From: Eledone cirrhosa | Lineage: Eukaryota | Direction of reading: 5' to 3' | DNA: 64,000 nt | NCBI GenBank assembly: GCA_964016885.1 | Contig: OZ024748.1 | Coordinates: 17,670,001 to 17,734,000 of the forward strand | Made by a program: the position numbers and the translations under genes | Shown: positions 41,616 through 57,092 of the stretch, in pieces | Position numbering within the stretch: the first letter of the stretch is position 1 | Layout: every line of letters begins with the position of its first letter | The notes under the pieces: generated by a model | Database searches by the model: none | Told to the model about the DNA's origin: nothing | Seen by the model: the letters and a program-made list of their open reading frames with translations, nothing else

Positions 41616-41959
41616 GAGTGTTTGTGCATGTATGTGTATACAGTTACACAACCAAAACTATTTGTTACATAACCTATGTGAGAAAACAAACAGAATAAAA
41701 TATTTAATAACTTCAAAATATTAGTCATGCAACATGAATGTATATATATGTGTGTGTGTGTATATATATATATATTATAAAGTGATGATAACATATATAT
41801 ACTTATATATAGATATATAATTTTAGCCTTTTCTCACCCAAAAATGGTTCTCCTTTTAATAGTAGGTCATTTAAATAATATGATTGAATTTGGTAATAAA
41901 TTTCAGTGTGTCACCAAAGACAGACATCTATAAAGTATGCTCCGCCATTGACAAAATAA

Positions 41960-42185
41960 TTTCACATCACGCATAACACAACTACCAAGTGAAAGACCTG
42001 CTAATCAAGTCCTGTATTGGTACCTTCATGGAAAAGGCTGTAGAGGAGGGTCGAAGATGATCTGGTGGTGACAGACAATCAACACTCCTGAAACCCATCA
42101 ACAAGAGCTGGAATGATGTATTGATAGATGCAACTGACCTTGGTCATTGGAGCACTTTGGCTGCCTCGTGTGTCTCAAGACATGG
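41960..42185 (+). pseudogene. Decayed RTE LINE C-terminus, progenitor of the 71-bp satellite
   Basis: ITQLPSERPANQVLYWYLHGKGCRGGSKMIW, frameshift, then LLKPINKSWNDVLIDATDLGHWSTLAASCVSRHG. Confidence 0.7.
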
Positions 42186-45100
42186 GATGTATTGATAGAT
42201 GCAACTGACCTTGGTCATTGGAGCACTTTGGCTGGCTCGTGTGTCTCAAGACATGGGATGTATTGATAGATGCAACTGACCTTGGTCATTGTAGCACTTT
42301 GGCTGCCTCATGTGTCTCAAGATGTTGGATGTATTGATAGATGCAACTGACCTTGGTCATTGGAGCACTGTGGCTGGCTCATGTGTCTCAAGACATGGGA
42401 TGTATTGATAGATGCAATTGACCTTGGTCATTGTAGCACTTTGGCTGCCTCATGTGTCTCAAGACGTGGGATGTATTGATAGATGTAACTGACCGTGGTC
42501 ATTGTAGCACTTTGGCTGCCTCATATGTCTCAAGACATGGGATGTATTGATAGATGTAACTGACCGTGGTCATTGTAGCACTGTGGCTGCCTCATATGTC
42601 TCAAGACATGGGATGTATTGATAGATGTAACTGACCGTGGTCATTGTAGCACTGTGGCTGGCTCATGTGTCTCAAGACATGGGATGTATTGATAGATGCA
42701 ATTGACCTTGGTCATTGTAGCACTGTGGCTGCCTCATATGTCTCAAGACATGGGATGTATTGATAGATGCAATTGACCTTGGTCATTGGAGCACTGTGGC
42801 TGGCTCATGTGTCTCAAGACATGGGATGTATTGATAGATGCAATTGACCTTGGTCATTGGAGCACTGTGGCTGGCTCATGTGTCTCAAGATGTTGGATGT
42901 ATTGATAGATGCAACTGACCTTGGTCATTGTAGCACTTTGGCTGCCTCATCTGTCTCAAGACATGGGATGTATTGATAGATGCAACTGACCTTGGTCATT
43001 GTAGCACTTTGGCTGCCTCATGTGTCTCAAGACATGGGATGTATTGATAGATGCAACTGACCTTGGTCATTGTAGCACTTTGGCTGCCTCATGTGTCTCA
43101 AGACATGGGATGTATTGATAGATATAACTGACCTTGGTCATTGTAGCACTTTGGCTGCCTCATGTGTCTCAAGACATGGGATGTATTGATAGATGCAACT
43201 GACCGTGGTCATTGGAGCACTTTGGCTGCCTCATATGTCTCAAGACATGGGATGTATTGATAGATGCAATTGACCTTGGTCATTGTAGCACTTTGGCTGC
43301 CTCATGTGTCTCAAGACATGGGATGTATTGATAGATGCAACTGACCTTGGTCATTGTAGCACTGTGGCTGGCTCATGTGTCTCAAGATGTTGGATGTATT
43401 GATAGATGCAACTGACCTTGGTCATTGTAGCACTTAGGCTGCCTCATATGTCTCAAGACATGGGATGTATTGATAGATGCAACTGACCTTGGTCATTGGA
43501 GCACTTTGGCTGCCTCATGTGTCTCAAGACATGGGATGTATTGATAGATGCAACTGACCTTGGTCATTGTAGCACTTTGGCTGCCTCATGTGTCTCAAGA
43601 CATGGGATGTATTGATAGATGCAACTGACCTTGGTCATTGTAGCACTTTGGCTGCCTCATGTGTCTCAAGACATGGGATGTATTGATAGATGCAACTGAC
43701 CTTGGTCATTGTAGCACTGTGGCTGGCTCATGTGTCTCAAGACATGGGATGTATTGATAGATGCAACTGACCTTGGTCATTGTAGCACTTTGGCTGCCTC
43801 ATGTGTCTCAAGACATGGGATGTATTGATAGATGCAACTGACCTTGGTCATTGTAGCACTTTGGCTGCCTCATGTGTCTCAAGACATGGGATGTATTGAT
43901 AGATGCAACTGACCTTGGTCATTGTAGCACTTTGGCTGCCTCATGTGTCTCAAGACATGGGATGTATTGATAGATGTAACTGACCTTGGTCATTGTAGCA
44001 CTTTGGCTGCCTCATGTGTCTCAAGACATGGGATGTATTGATAGATGCAACTGACCTTGGTCATTGTAGCACTTTGGCTGCCTCATGTGTCTCAAGACAT
44101 GGGATGTATTGATAGATGCAACTGACCTTGGTCATTGTAGCACTGTGGCTGCCTCATGTGTCTCAAGATGTTGGATGTATTGATAGATGCAACTGACCTT
44201 GGTCATTGTAGCACTTTGGCTGCCTCATGTGTCTCAAGACATGGGATGTATTGATAGATGTAACTGACCTTGGTCATTGTAGCACTTTGGCTGCCTCATG
44301 TGTCTCAAGACATGGGATGTATTGATAGATGTAACTGACCTTGGTCATTGTAGCACTTTGGCTGCCTCATGTGTCTCAAGACATGGGATGTATTGATAGA
44401 TGCAACTGACCTTGGTCATTGTAGCACTGTGGCTGCCTCATGTGTCTCAAGATGTTGGATGTATTGATAGATGCAACTGACCTTGGTCAATGTAGCACTT
44501 TGGCTGCCTCATGTGTCTCAAGACATGGGATGTATTGATAGATGTAACTGACCTTGGTCATTGTAGCACTTTGGCTGCCTCATGTGTCTCAAGACATGGG
44601 ATGTATTGATAGATGCAACTGACCTTGGTCATTGTAGCACTTTGGCTGCCTCATGTATCTCAAGACATGGGATGTATTGATAGATGTAACTGACCTTGGT
44701 CATTGTAGCACTTTGGCTGCCTCATGTGTCTCAAGACATGGGATGTATTGATAGATGCAACTGACCTTGGTCATTGTAGCACTTTGGCTCCCTCATGTGT
44801 CTCAAGACATGGGATGTATTGATAGATGCAACTGACCTTGGTCATTGTAGCACTGTGGCTGGCTCATGTGTCTCAAGATGTTGGATGTATTGATAGATGC
44901 AACTGACCTTGGTCATTGTAGCACTTTGGCTCCCTCATGTGTCTCAAGACATGGGATGTATTGATAGATGCAACTGACCTTGGTCATTGGAGCACTTTGG
45001 CTGCCTCATGTGTCTCAAGACATGGGATGTATTGATAGATGCAACTGACCTTGGTCATTGTAGCACTGTGGCTGCCTCATGTGTCTCAAGATGTTGGATG

Positions 45101-48100
45101 TATTGATAGATGCAACTGACCTTGGTCATTGTAGCACTTTGGCTCCCTCATGTGTCTCAAGACATGGGATGTATTGATAGATGCAATTGACCTTGCTCAT
45201 TGTAGCACTTTGGCTCCCTCATGTGTCTCAAGACATGGGATGTATTGATAGATGCAATTGACCTTGGTCATTGTAGCACTGTGGCTCCCTCATGTGTCTC
45301 AAGATGTTGGATGTATTGATAGATGCAATTGACCTTGGTCATTGTAGCACTTTGGCTGCCTCATGTGTCTCAAGATGTTGGATGTATTGATAGATGCAAT
45401 TGACCTTGGTCATTGTAGCACTGTGGCTGGCTCGTGTGTCTCAAGACATGGGATGTATTGATAGATGCAACTGACCTTGGTCATTGTAGCACTGTGGCTG
45501 CCTCATATGTCTCAAGATGTTGGATGTATTGATAGATGCAATTGACCTTGGTCATTGTAGCACTTTGGCTGCCTCATGTGTCTCAAGACATGGGATGTAT
45601 TGATAGATGCAATTGACCTTGGTCATTGTAGCACTTTGGCTCCCTCATGTGTCTCAAGATGTTGGATGTATTGATAGATGCAACTGACCTTGGTCATTGT
45701 AGCACTTTGGCTGCCTCATGTGTCTCAAGACATGGGATGTATTGATAGATGCAACTGACCTTGGTCATTGTAGCACTTTGGCTGCCTCATGTGTCTCAAG
45801 ACATGGGATGTATTGATAGATGCAATTGACCTTGGTCATTGTAGCACTTTGGCTGCCTCATGTGTCTCAAGACATGGGATGTATTGATAGATGCAACTGA
45901 CCTTGGTCATTGTAGCACTGTGGCTGCCTCATGTGTCTCAAGACATGGGATGTATTGATAGATGCAACTGACCTTGGTCATTGTAGCACTGTGGCTGCCT
46001 CATGTGTCTCAAGATGTTGGATGTATTGATAGATGCAACTGACCTTGGTCATTGTAGCACTGTGGCTGGCTCATGTGTCTCAAGACATGGGATGTATTGA
46101 TAGATGCAACTGACCGTGGTCATTGTAGCACTGTGGCTGGCTCATGTGTCTCAAGACATGGGATGTATTGATAGATGTAACTGACCGTGGTCATTGTAGC
46201 ACTTTGGCTGCCTCATATGTCTCAAGACATGGGATGTATTGATAGATGTAACTGACCGTGGTCATTGTAGCACTTTGGCTGCCTCATGTGTCTCAAGACA
46301 TGGGATGTATTGATAGATGCAACTGACCTTGGTCATTGTAGCACTGTGGCTGGCTCATGTGTCTCAAGATGTTGGATGTATTGATAGATGCAACTGACCT
46401 TGGTCATTGTAGCACTTTGGCTCCCTCATGTGTCTCAAGACATGGGATGTATTGATAGATGCAACTGACCTTGGTCATTGGAGCACTTTGGCTGCCTCAT
46501 GTGTCTCAAGACATGGGATGTATTGATAGATGCAACTGACCTTGGTCATTGTAGCACTGTGGCTGCCTCATGTGTCTCAAGATGTTGGATGTATTGATAG
46601 ATGCAACTGACCTTGGTCATTGTAGCACTTTGGCTCCCTCATGTGTCTCAAGACATGGGATGTATTGATAGATGCAATTGACCTTGGTCATTGTAGCACT
46701 TTGGCTCCCTCATGTGTCTCAAGACATGGGATGTATTGATAGATGCAATTGACCTTGGTCATTGTAGCACTGTGGCTCCCTCATGTGTCTCAAGATGTTG
46801 GATGTATTGATAGATGCAATTGACCTTGGTCATTGTAGCACTTTGGCTGCCTCATGTGTCTCAAGATGTTGGATGTATTGATAGATGCAATTGACCTTGG
46901 TCATTGTAGCACTGTGGCTGGCTCGTGTGTCTCAAGACATGGGATGTATTGATAGATGCAACTGACCTTGGTCATTGTAGCACTGTGGCTGCCTCATATG
47001 TCTCAAGATGTTGGATGTATTGATAGATGCAATTGACCTTGGTCATTGTAGCACTTTGGCTGCCTCATGTGTCTCAAGACATGGGATGTATTGATAGATG
47101 CAACTGACCTTGGTCATTGTAGCACTTTGGCTGCCTCATGTGTCTCAAGACATGGGATGTATTGATAGATGCAACTGACCTTGGTCATTGTAGCACTTTG
47201 GCTGCCTCATGTGTCTCAAGACATGGGATGTATTGATAGATGCAATTGACCTTGGTCATTGTAGCACTTTGGCTCCCTCATGTGTCTCAAGATGTTGGAT
47301 GTATTGATAGATGCAACTGACCTTGGTCATTGTAGCACTTTGGCTGCCTCATGTGTCTCAAGACATGGGATGTATTGATAGATGCAACTGACCTTGGTCA
47401 TTGTAGCACTTTGGCTGCCTCATGTGTCTCAAGACATGGGATGTATTGATAGATGCAATTGACCTTGGTCATTGTAGCACTTTGGCTGCCTCATGTGTCT
47501 CAAGACATGGGATGTATTGATAGATGCAAATGACCTTGGTCATTGTAGCACTGTGGCTGCCTCATGTGTCTCAAGACATGGGATGTATTGATAGATGCAA
47601 CTGACCTTGGTCATTGTAGCACTGTGGCTGCCTCATGTGTCTCAAGATGTTGGATGTATTGATAGATGCAACTGACCTTGGTCATTGTAGCACTGTGGCT
47701 GGCTCATGTGTCTCAAGACATGGGATGTATTGATAGATGCAACTGACCGTGGTCATTGTAGCACTGTGGCTGGCTCATGTGTCTCAAGACATGGGATGTA
47801 TTGATAGATGTAACTGACCGTGGTCATTGTAGCACTTTGGCTGCCTCATATGTCTCAAGACATGGGATGTATTGATAGATGTAACTGACCGTGGTCATTG
47901 TAGCACTTTGGCTGCCTCATGTGTCTCAAGACATGGGATGTATTGATAGATATAACTGACCTTGGTCATTGTAGCACTTTGGCTGCCTCATATGTCTCAA
48001 GACATGGGATGTATTGATAGATGTAACTGACCGTGGTCATTGGAGCACTTTGGCTGCCTCATGTGTCTCAAGACATGGGATGTATTGATAGATGCAACTG

Positions 48101-51100
48101 ACCTTGGTCATTGTAGCACTTTGGCTGCCTCATGTGTCTCAAGACATGGGATGTATTGATAGATGCAACTGACCTTGGTCATTGTAGCACTGTGGCTGGC
48201 TCATGTGTCTCAAGATGTTGGATGTATTGATAGATGCAACTGACCTTGGTCATTGTAGCACTTTGGCTGCCTCATGTGTCTCAAGATGTTGGATGTATTG
48301 ATAGATGCAATTGACCTTGGTCATTGTAGCACTGTGGCTGCCTCATGTGTCTCAAGATGTTGGATGTATTGATAGATGCAACTGACCGTGGTCATTGTAG
48401 CACTGTGGCTCCCTCATGTGTCTCAAGACATGGGATGTATTGATAGATGCAACTGACCTTGGTCATTGTAGCACTTTGGCTCCCTCATGTGTCTCAAGAC
48501 ATGGGATGTATTGATAGATGCAACTGACCTTGGTCATTGTAGCACTTTGGCTGCCTCATGTGTCTCAAGACATGGGATGTATTGATAGATGCAACTGACC
48601 TTGGTCATTGTAGCACTTTGGCTGCCTCATGTGTCTCAAGACATGGGATGTATTGATAGATGCAATTGACCTTGGTCATTGTAGCACTTTGGCTGCCTCA
48701 TGTGTCTCAAGATGTTGGATGTATTGATAGATGCAATTGACCTTGGTCATTGTAGCACTGTGGCTGCCTCATGTGTCTCAAGATGTTGGATGTATTGATA
48801 GATGCAACTGACCTTGGTCATTGTAGCACTGTGGCTGCCTCATGTGTCTCAAGATGTTGGATGTATTGATAGATGCAACTGACCTTGGTCATTGTAGCAC
48901 TGTGGCTGCCTCATGTGTCTCAAGATGTTGGATGTATTGATAGATGCAACTGACCTTGGTCATTGTAGCACTGTGGCTGGCTCATGTGTCTCAAGATGTT
49001 GGATGTATTGATAGATGCAACTGACCTTGGTCATTGTAGCACTGTGGCTGGCTCATGTGTCTCAAGATGTTGGATGTATTGATAGATGCAACTGACCGTG
49101 GTCATTGTAGCACTTTGGCTGCCTCATGTGTCTCAAGACATGGGATGTATTGATAGATGCAACTGACCTTGGTCATTGTAGCACTTTGGCTGCCTCATGT
49201 GTCTCAAGACATGGGATGTATTGATAGATGCAACTGACCGTGGTCATTGTAGCACTTTGGCTCCCTCATGTGTCTCAAGACATGGGATGTATTGATAGAT
49301 GCAATTGACCTTGGTCATTGTAGCACTGTGGCTCCCTCATGTGTCTCAAGATGTTGGATGTATTGATAGATGCAATTGACCTTGGTCATTGTAGCACTGT
49401 GGCTGCCTCATGTGTCTCAAGATGTTGGATGTATTGATAGATGCAACTGACCTTGGTCATTGTAGCACTGTGGCTGGCTCATGTGTCTCAAGATGTTGGA
49501 TGTATTGATAGATGCAACTGACCTTGGTCATTGTAGCACTTTGGCTCCCTCATGTGTCTCAAGACATGGGATGTATTGATAGATGCAACTGACCTTGGTC
49601 ATTGTAGCACTTTGGCTGCCTCATGTGTCTCAAGACATGGGATGTATTGATAGATGCAATTGACCTTGGTCATTGTAGCACTTTGGCTGCCTCATGTGTC
49701 TCAAGATGTTGGATGTATTGATAGATGCAATTGACCTTGGTCATTGTAGCACTTAGGCTGCCTCATGTGTCTCAAGATGTTGGATGTATTGATAGATGCA
49801 ACTGACCTTGGTCATTGTAGCACTGTGGCTGCCTCATGTGTCTCAAGATGTTGGATGTATTGATAGATGCAACTGACCTTGGTCATTGTAGCACTTTGGC
49901 TGCCTCATGTGTCTCAAGATGTTGGATGTATTGATAGATGCAACTGACCTTGGTCATTGTAGCACTGTGGCTGCCTCATGTGTCTCAAGATGTTGGATGT
50001 ATTGATAGATGCAACTGACCTTGGTCATTGTAGCACTGTGGCTGCCTCATGTGTCTAAAGATGTTGGATGTATTGATAGATGCAACTGACCTTGGTCATT
50101 GTAGCACTGTGGCTGCCTCATGTGTCTCAAGATGTTGGATGTATTGATAGATGCAACTGACCTTGGTCATTGTAGCACTGTGGCTGCCTCATGTGTCTAA
50201 AGATGTTGGATGTATTGATAGATGCAACTGACCTTGGTCATTGTAGCACTTTGGCTGCCTCATGTGTCTCAAGATGTTGGATGTATTGATAGATGCAACT
50301 GACCTTGGTCATTGTAGCACTTTGGCTCCCTCATGTGTCTCAAGACATGGGATGTATTGATAGATGCAACTGACCTTGGTCATTGTAGCACTTTGGCTGC
50401 CTCATGTGTCTCAAGACATGGGATGTATTGATAGATGCAATTGACCTTGGTCATTGTAGCACTTTGGCTGCCTCATGTGTCTCAAGATGTTGGATGTATT
50501 GATAGATGCAATTGACCTTGGTCATTGTAGCACTGTGGCTGCCTCATGTGTCTCAAGATGTTGGATGTATTGATAGATGCAACTGACCTTGGTCATTGTA
50601 GCACTGTGGCTGCCTCATGTGTCTCAAGATGTTGGATGTATTGATAGATGCAACTGACCTTGGTCATTGTAGCACTGTGGCTGGCTCATGTGTCTCAAGA
50701 TGTTGGATGTATTGATAGATGCAACTGACCGTGGTCATTGTAGCACTTTGGCTGCCTCATGTGTCTCAAGACATGGGATGTATTGATAGATGCAACTGAC
50801 CTTGGTCATTGTAGCACTTTGGCTGCCTCATGTGTCTCAAGACATGGGATGTATTGATAGATGCAACTGACCGTGGTCATTGTAGCACTTTGGCTCCCTC
50901 ATGTGTCTCAAGACATGGGATGTATTGATAGATGCAATTGACCTTGGTCATTGTAGCACTGTGGCTCCCTCATGTGTCTCAAGATGTTGGATGTATTGAT
51001 AGATGCAATTGACCTTGGTCATTGTAGCACTGTGGCTGCCTCATGTGTCTCAAGATGTTGGATGTATTGATAGATGCAACTGACCTTGGTCATTGTAGCA

Positions 51101-54100
51101 CTGTGGCTGGCTCATGTGTCTCAAGATGTTGGATGTATTGATAGATGCAACTGACCTTGGTCATTGTAGCACTTTGGCTCCCTCATGTGTCTCAAGACAT
51201 GGGATGTATTGATAGATGCAACTGACCTTGGTCATTGTAGCACTTTGGCTGCCTCATGTGTCTCAAGACATGGGTTGTATTGATAGATGCAATTGACCTT
51301 GGTCATTGTAGCACTTTGGCTGCCTCATGTGTCTCAAGATGTTGGATGTATTGATAGATGCAATTGACCTTGGTCATTGTAGCACTTAGGCTGCCTCATG
51401 TGTCTCAAGATGTTGGATGTATTGATAGATGCAACTGACCTTGGTCATTGTAGCACTGTGGCTGCCTCATGTGTCTCAAGATGTTGGATGTATTGATAGA
51501 TGCAACTGACCTTGGTCATTGTAGCACTTTGGCTGCCTCATGTGTCTCAAGATGTTGGATGTATTGATAGATGCAACTGACCTTGGTCATTGTAGCACTG
51601 TGGCTGCCTCATGTGTCTCAAGATGTTGGATGTATTGATAGATGCAACTGACCTTGGTCATTGTAGCACTGTGGCTGCCTCATGTGTCTAAAGATGTTGG
51701 ATGTATTGATAGATGCAACTGACCTTGGTCATTGTAGCACTGTGGCTGCCTCATGTGTCTCAAGATGTTGGATGTATTGATAGATGCAACTGACCTTGGT
51801 CATTGTAGCACTGTGGCTGCCTCATGTGTCTAAAGATGTTGGATGTATTGATAGATGCAACTGACCTTGGTCATTGTAGCACTGTGGCTGCCTCATGTGT
51901 CTCAAGATGTTGGATGTATTGATAGATGCAACTGACCTTGGTCATTGTAGCACTTTGGCTCCCTCATGTGTCTCAAGACATGGGATGTATTGATAGATGC
52001 AACTGACCTTGGTCATTGTAGCACTTTGGCTGCCTCATGTGTCTCAAGACATGGGATGTATTGATAGATGCAGTTGACCTTGGTCATTGTAGCACTTTGG
52101 CTGCCTCATGTGTCTCAAGATGTTGGATGTATTGATAGATGCAATTGACCTTGGTCATTGTAGCACTGTGGCTGCCTCATGTGTCTCAAGATGTTGGATG
52201 TATTGATAGATGTAACTGACCTTGGTCATTGTAGCACTGTGGCTGCCTCATGTGTCTCAAGATGTTGGATGTATTGATAGATGCAACTGACCTTGGTCAT
52301 TGTAGCACTGTGGCTGGCTCATGTGTCTCAAGATGTTGGATGTATTGATAGATGCAACTGACCTTGGTCATTGTAGCACTTTGGCTCCCTCATGTGTCTC
52401 AAGACATGGGATGTATTGATAGATGCAACTGACCTTGGTCATTGTAGCACTTTGGCTGCCTCATGTGTCTCAAGACATGGGATGTATTGATAGATGCAAC
52501 TGACCTTGGTCATTGTAGCACTTTGGCTGCCTCATGTGTCTCAAGACATGGGATGTATTGAAAGATGCAATTGACCTTGGTCATTGTAGCACTTTGGCTC
52601 CCTCATGTGTCTCAAGACATGGGATGTATTGATAGATGCAATTGACCTTGGTCATTGTAGCACTGTGGCTCCCTCATGTGTCTCAAGATGTTGGATGTAT
52701 TGATAGATGCAATTGACCTTGGTCATTGTAGCACTGTGGCTGCCTCATGTGTCTCAAGATGTTGGATGTATTGATAGATGCAATTGACCTTGGTCATTGT
52801 AGCACTGTGGCTGCCTCATGTGTCTCAAGATGTTGGATGTATTGATAGATGCAACTGACCTTGGTCATTGTAGCACTTTGGCTCCCTCATGTGTCTCAAG
52901 ACATGGGATGTATTGATAGATGCAACTGACCTTGGTCATTGTAGCACTTTGGCTGCCTCATGTGTCTCAAGACATGGGATGTATTGATAGATGCAATTGA
53001 CCTTGGTCATTGTAGCACTTTGGCTCCCTCATGTGTCTCAAGATGTTGGATGTATTGATAGATGCAACTGACCTTGGTCATTGTAGCACTGTGGCTGCCT
53101 CATGTGTCTCAAGATGTTGGATGTATTGATAGATGCAACTGACCTTGGTCATTGTAGCACTTTGGCTGCCTCATGTGTCTCAAGACATGGGATGTATTGA
53201 TAGATGCAACTGACCTTGGTCATTGTAGCAATTTGGCTCCCTCATGTGTCTCAAGACATGGGATGTATTGATAGATGCAACTGACCTTGGTCATTGTAGC
53301 ACTGTGGCTGGCTCATGTGTCTCAAGATGTTGGATGTATTGATAGATGCAACTGACCTTGGTCATTGTAGCACTTTGGCTGCCTCATATGGCTCAAGACA
53401 TGGGATGTATTGATAGATGCAACTGAGCTTGGTCATTGGAGCACTTTGGCTGCCTCATGTGTCTCAAGACATGGGATGTATTGATAGATGCAACTGACCT
53501 TGGTCATTGGAGCACTTTGGCTGTCTCATGTGTCTCAAGACATGGGATGTATTGATAGATGCAACTGACCTTGGTCATTGGAGCACTTTGGCTGCCTCAT
53601 GTGTCTCAAGACATGGGATGTATTGATAGATGCAACTGACCTTGGTCATTGTAGCACTTTGGCTGCCTCATGTGTCTCAAGACATGGGATGTATTGATAG
53701 ATGCAACTGACCTTGGTCATTGTAGCAATGTGGCTGCCTCATGTGTCTCAAGACATGGGATGTATTGATAGATGCAACTGACCTTGGTCATTGTAGCACT
53801 GTGGCTGCCTCATGTGTCTCAAGACATGGGATGTATTGATAGATGCAACTGACCTTGGTCATTGGAGCACTTTGGCTCCCTCATGTGTCTCAAGACATGG
53901 GATGTATTGATAGATGCAACTGACCTTGGTCATTGGAGCACTTTGGCTGCCTCATGTGTCTCAAGACATGGGATGTATTGATAGATATAACTGACCTTGG
54001 TCATTGTAGCACTTTGGCTGCCTCATATGTCTTAAGACATGGGATGTATTGATAGATGTAACTGACCGTGGTCATTGGAGCACTTTGGCTGCCTCATGTG

Positions 54101-57092
54101 TCTCAAGACATGGGATGTATTGATAGATGCAACTGACCTTGGTCATTGGAGCACTTTGGCTGCCTCATGTGTCTCAAGACATGGGATGTATTGATAGATG
54201 CAACTGACCTTGGTCATTGTAGCACTTTGGCTGCCTCATGTGTCTCAAGACATGGGATGTATTGATAGATGCAACTGACCTTGGTCATTGTAGCAATTTG
54301 GCTCCCTCATGTGTCTCAAGACATGGGATGTATTGATAGATGCAACTGACCTTGGTCATTGTAGCACTGTGGCTGGCTCATGTGTCTCAAGATGTTGGAT
54401 GTATTGATAGATGCAACTGACCTTGGTCATTGTAGCACTTTGGCTGCCTCATATGTCTCAAGACATGGGATGTATTGATAGATGCAACTGACCTTGGTCA
54501 TTGGAGCACTTTGGCTGCCTCATGTGTCTCAAGACATGGGATGTATTGATAGATGCAACTGACCTTGGTCATTGGAGCACTTTGGCTGTCTCATGTGTCT
54601 CAAGACATGGGATGTATTGATAGATGCAACTGACCTTGGTCATTGGAGCACTTTGGCTGCCTCATGTGTCTCAAGACATGGGATGTATTGATAGATGCAA
54701 CTGACCTTGGTCATTGTAGCACTTTGGCTGCCTCATGTGTCTCAAGACATGGGATGTATTGATAGATGCAACTGACCTTGGTCATTGTAGCAATGTGGCT
54801 GCCTCATGTGTCTCAAGACATGGGATGTATTGATAGATGCAACTGACCTTGGTCATTGGAGCACTTTGGCTGCCTCATGTGTCTCAAGACATGGGATGTA
54901 TTGATAGATGCAACTGACCTTGGTCATTGGAGCACTTTGGCTCCCTCATGTGTCTCAAGACATGGGATGTATTGATAGATGCAACTGACCTTGGTCATTG
55001 GAGCACTTTGGCTGCCTCATGTGTCTCAAGACATGGGATGTATTGATAGATATAACTGACCTTGGTCATTGTAGCACTTTGGCTGCCTCATATGTCTTAA
55101 GACATGGGATGTATTGATAGATGTAACTGACCGTGGTCATTGGAGCACTTTGGCTGCCTCATGTGTCTCAAGACATGGGATGTATTGATAGATGCAACTG
55201 ACCTTGGTCATTGGAGCACTTTGGCTGCCTCATGTGTCTCAAGACATGGGATGTATTGATAGATGCAACTGACCTTGGTCATTGTAGCACTTTGGCTGCC
55301 TCATGTGTCTCAAGACATGGGATGTATTGATAGATGCAACTGACCTTGGTCATTGTAGCAATTTGGCTCCCTCATGTGTCTCAAGACATGGGATGTATTG
55401 ATAGATGCAACTGACCTTGGTCATTGTAGCACTGTGGCTGGCTCATGTGTCTCAAGATGTTGGATGTATTGATAGATGCAACTGACCTTGGTCATTGTAG
55501 CACTTTGGCTGCCTCATATGTCTCAAGACATGGGATGTATTGATAGATGCAACTGACCTTGGTCATTGGAGCACTTTGGCTGCCTCATGTGTCTCAAGAC
55601 ATGGGATGTATTGATAGATGCAACTGACCTTGGTCATTGGAGCACTTTGGCTGTCTCATGTGTCTCAAGACATGGGATGTATTGATAGATGCAACTGACC
55701 TTGGTCATTGGAGCACTTTGGCTGCCTCATGTGTCTCAAGACATGGGATGTATTGATAGATGCAACTGACCTTGGTCATTGTAGCACTTTGGCTGCCTCA
55801 TGTGTCTCAAGACATGGGATGTATTGATAGATGCAACTGACCTTGGTCATTGTAGCAATGTGGCTGCCTCATGTGTCTCAAGACATGGGATGTATTGATA
55901 GATGCAACTGACCTTGGTCATTGTAGCACTGTGGCTGCCTCATGTGTCTCAAGACATGGGATGTATTGATAGATGCAACTGACCTTGGTCATTGGAGCAC
56001 TTTGGCTCCCTCATGTGTCTCAAGACATGGGATGTATTGATAGATGCAACTGACCTTGGTCATTGGAGCACTTTGGCTGCCTCATGTGTCTCAAGACATG
56101 GGATGTATTGATAGATATAACTGACCTTGGTCATTGTAGCACTTTGGCTGCCTCATATGTCTTAAGACATGGGATGTATTGATAGATGTAACTGACCGTG
56201 GTCATTGGAGCACTTTGGCTGCCTCATGTGTCTCAAGACATGGGATGTATTGATAGATGCAACTGACCTTGGTCATTGGAGCACTTTGGCTGCCTCATGT
56301 GTCTCAAGACATGGGATGTATTGATAGATGCAATTGACCTTGGTCATTGGAGCACTTTGGCTGCCTCATGTGTCTCAAGACATGGGATGTATTGATAGAT
56401 GCAACTGACCTTGGTCATTGGAGCACTTTGGCTGCCTCATATGTCTCAAGACATGGGATGTATTGATAGATGCAATTGACCTTGGTCATTGGAGCACTTT
56501 GGCTGCCTCATGTGTCTCAAGACATGGGATGTATTGATAGATGCAACTGACCTTGGTCATTGGAGCACTTTGGCTGCCTCATGTGTCTCAAGACATGGGA
56601 TGTATTGATAGATGCAATTGACCTTGGTCATTGGAGCACTTTGGCTGCCTCATGTGTCTCAAGACATGGGATGTATTGATAGATGCAACTGACCTTGGTC
56701 ATTGGAGCACTTTGGCTGCCTCATATGTCTCAAGACATGGGATGTATTGATAGATGCAATTGACCTTGGTCATTGGAGCACTTTGGCTGCCTCATGTGTC
56801 TCAAGACATGGGATGTATTGATAGATGCAACTGACCTTGGTCATTGGAGCACTTTGGCTGCCTCATGTGTCTCAAGACATGGGATGTATTGATAGATGCA
56901 ACTGACCTTGGTCATTGTAGCACTGTGGCTGGCTCATGTGTCTCAAGATGTTGGATGTATTGACAGATGCAACTGACCTTGGTCATTGTAGCACTGTGGC
57001 TGGCTCATGTGTCTCAAGATGTTGGATGTATTGATAGATGCAACTGACCGTGGTCATTGTAGCACTGTGGCTGGCTCATCTGTCTCAAGATG
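42115..57092 (+). repeat. 71-bp satellite, 211 units, with higher-order repeats
   Basis: Unit GATGTATTGATAGATGCAACTGACCTTGGTCATTGTAGCACTTTGGCTGCCTCATGTGTCTCAAGACATGG; first unit starts 42115, last starts 57025 (difference = 210 x 71). Confidence 0.98.

Noticed and set aside
42115-57092. CRISPR-like or coding repeat
   Set aside because: No unique spacers; 71 is not a multiple of 3 and stops occur; it is a eukaryotic satellite.
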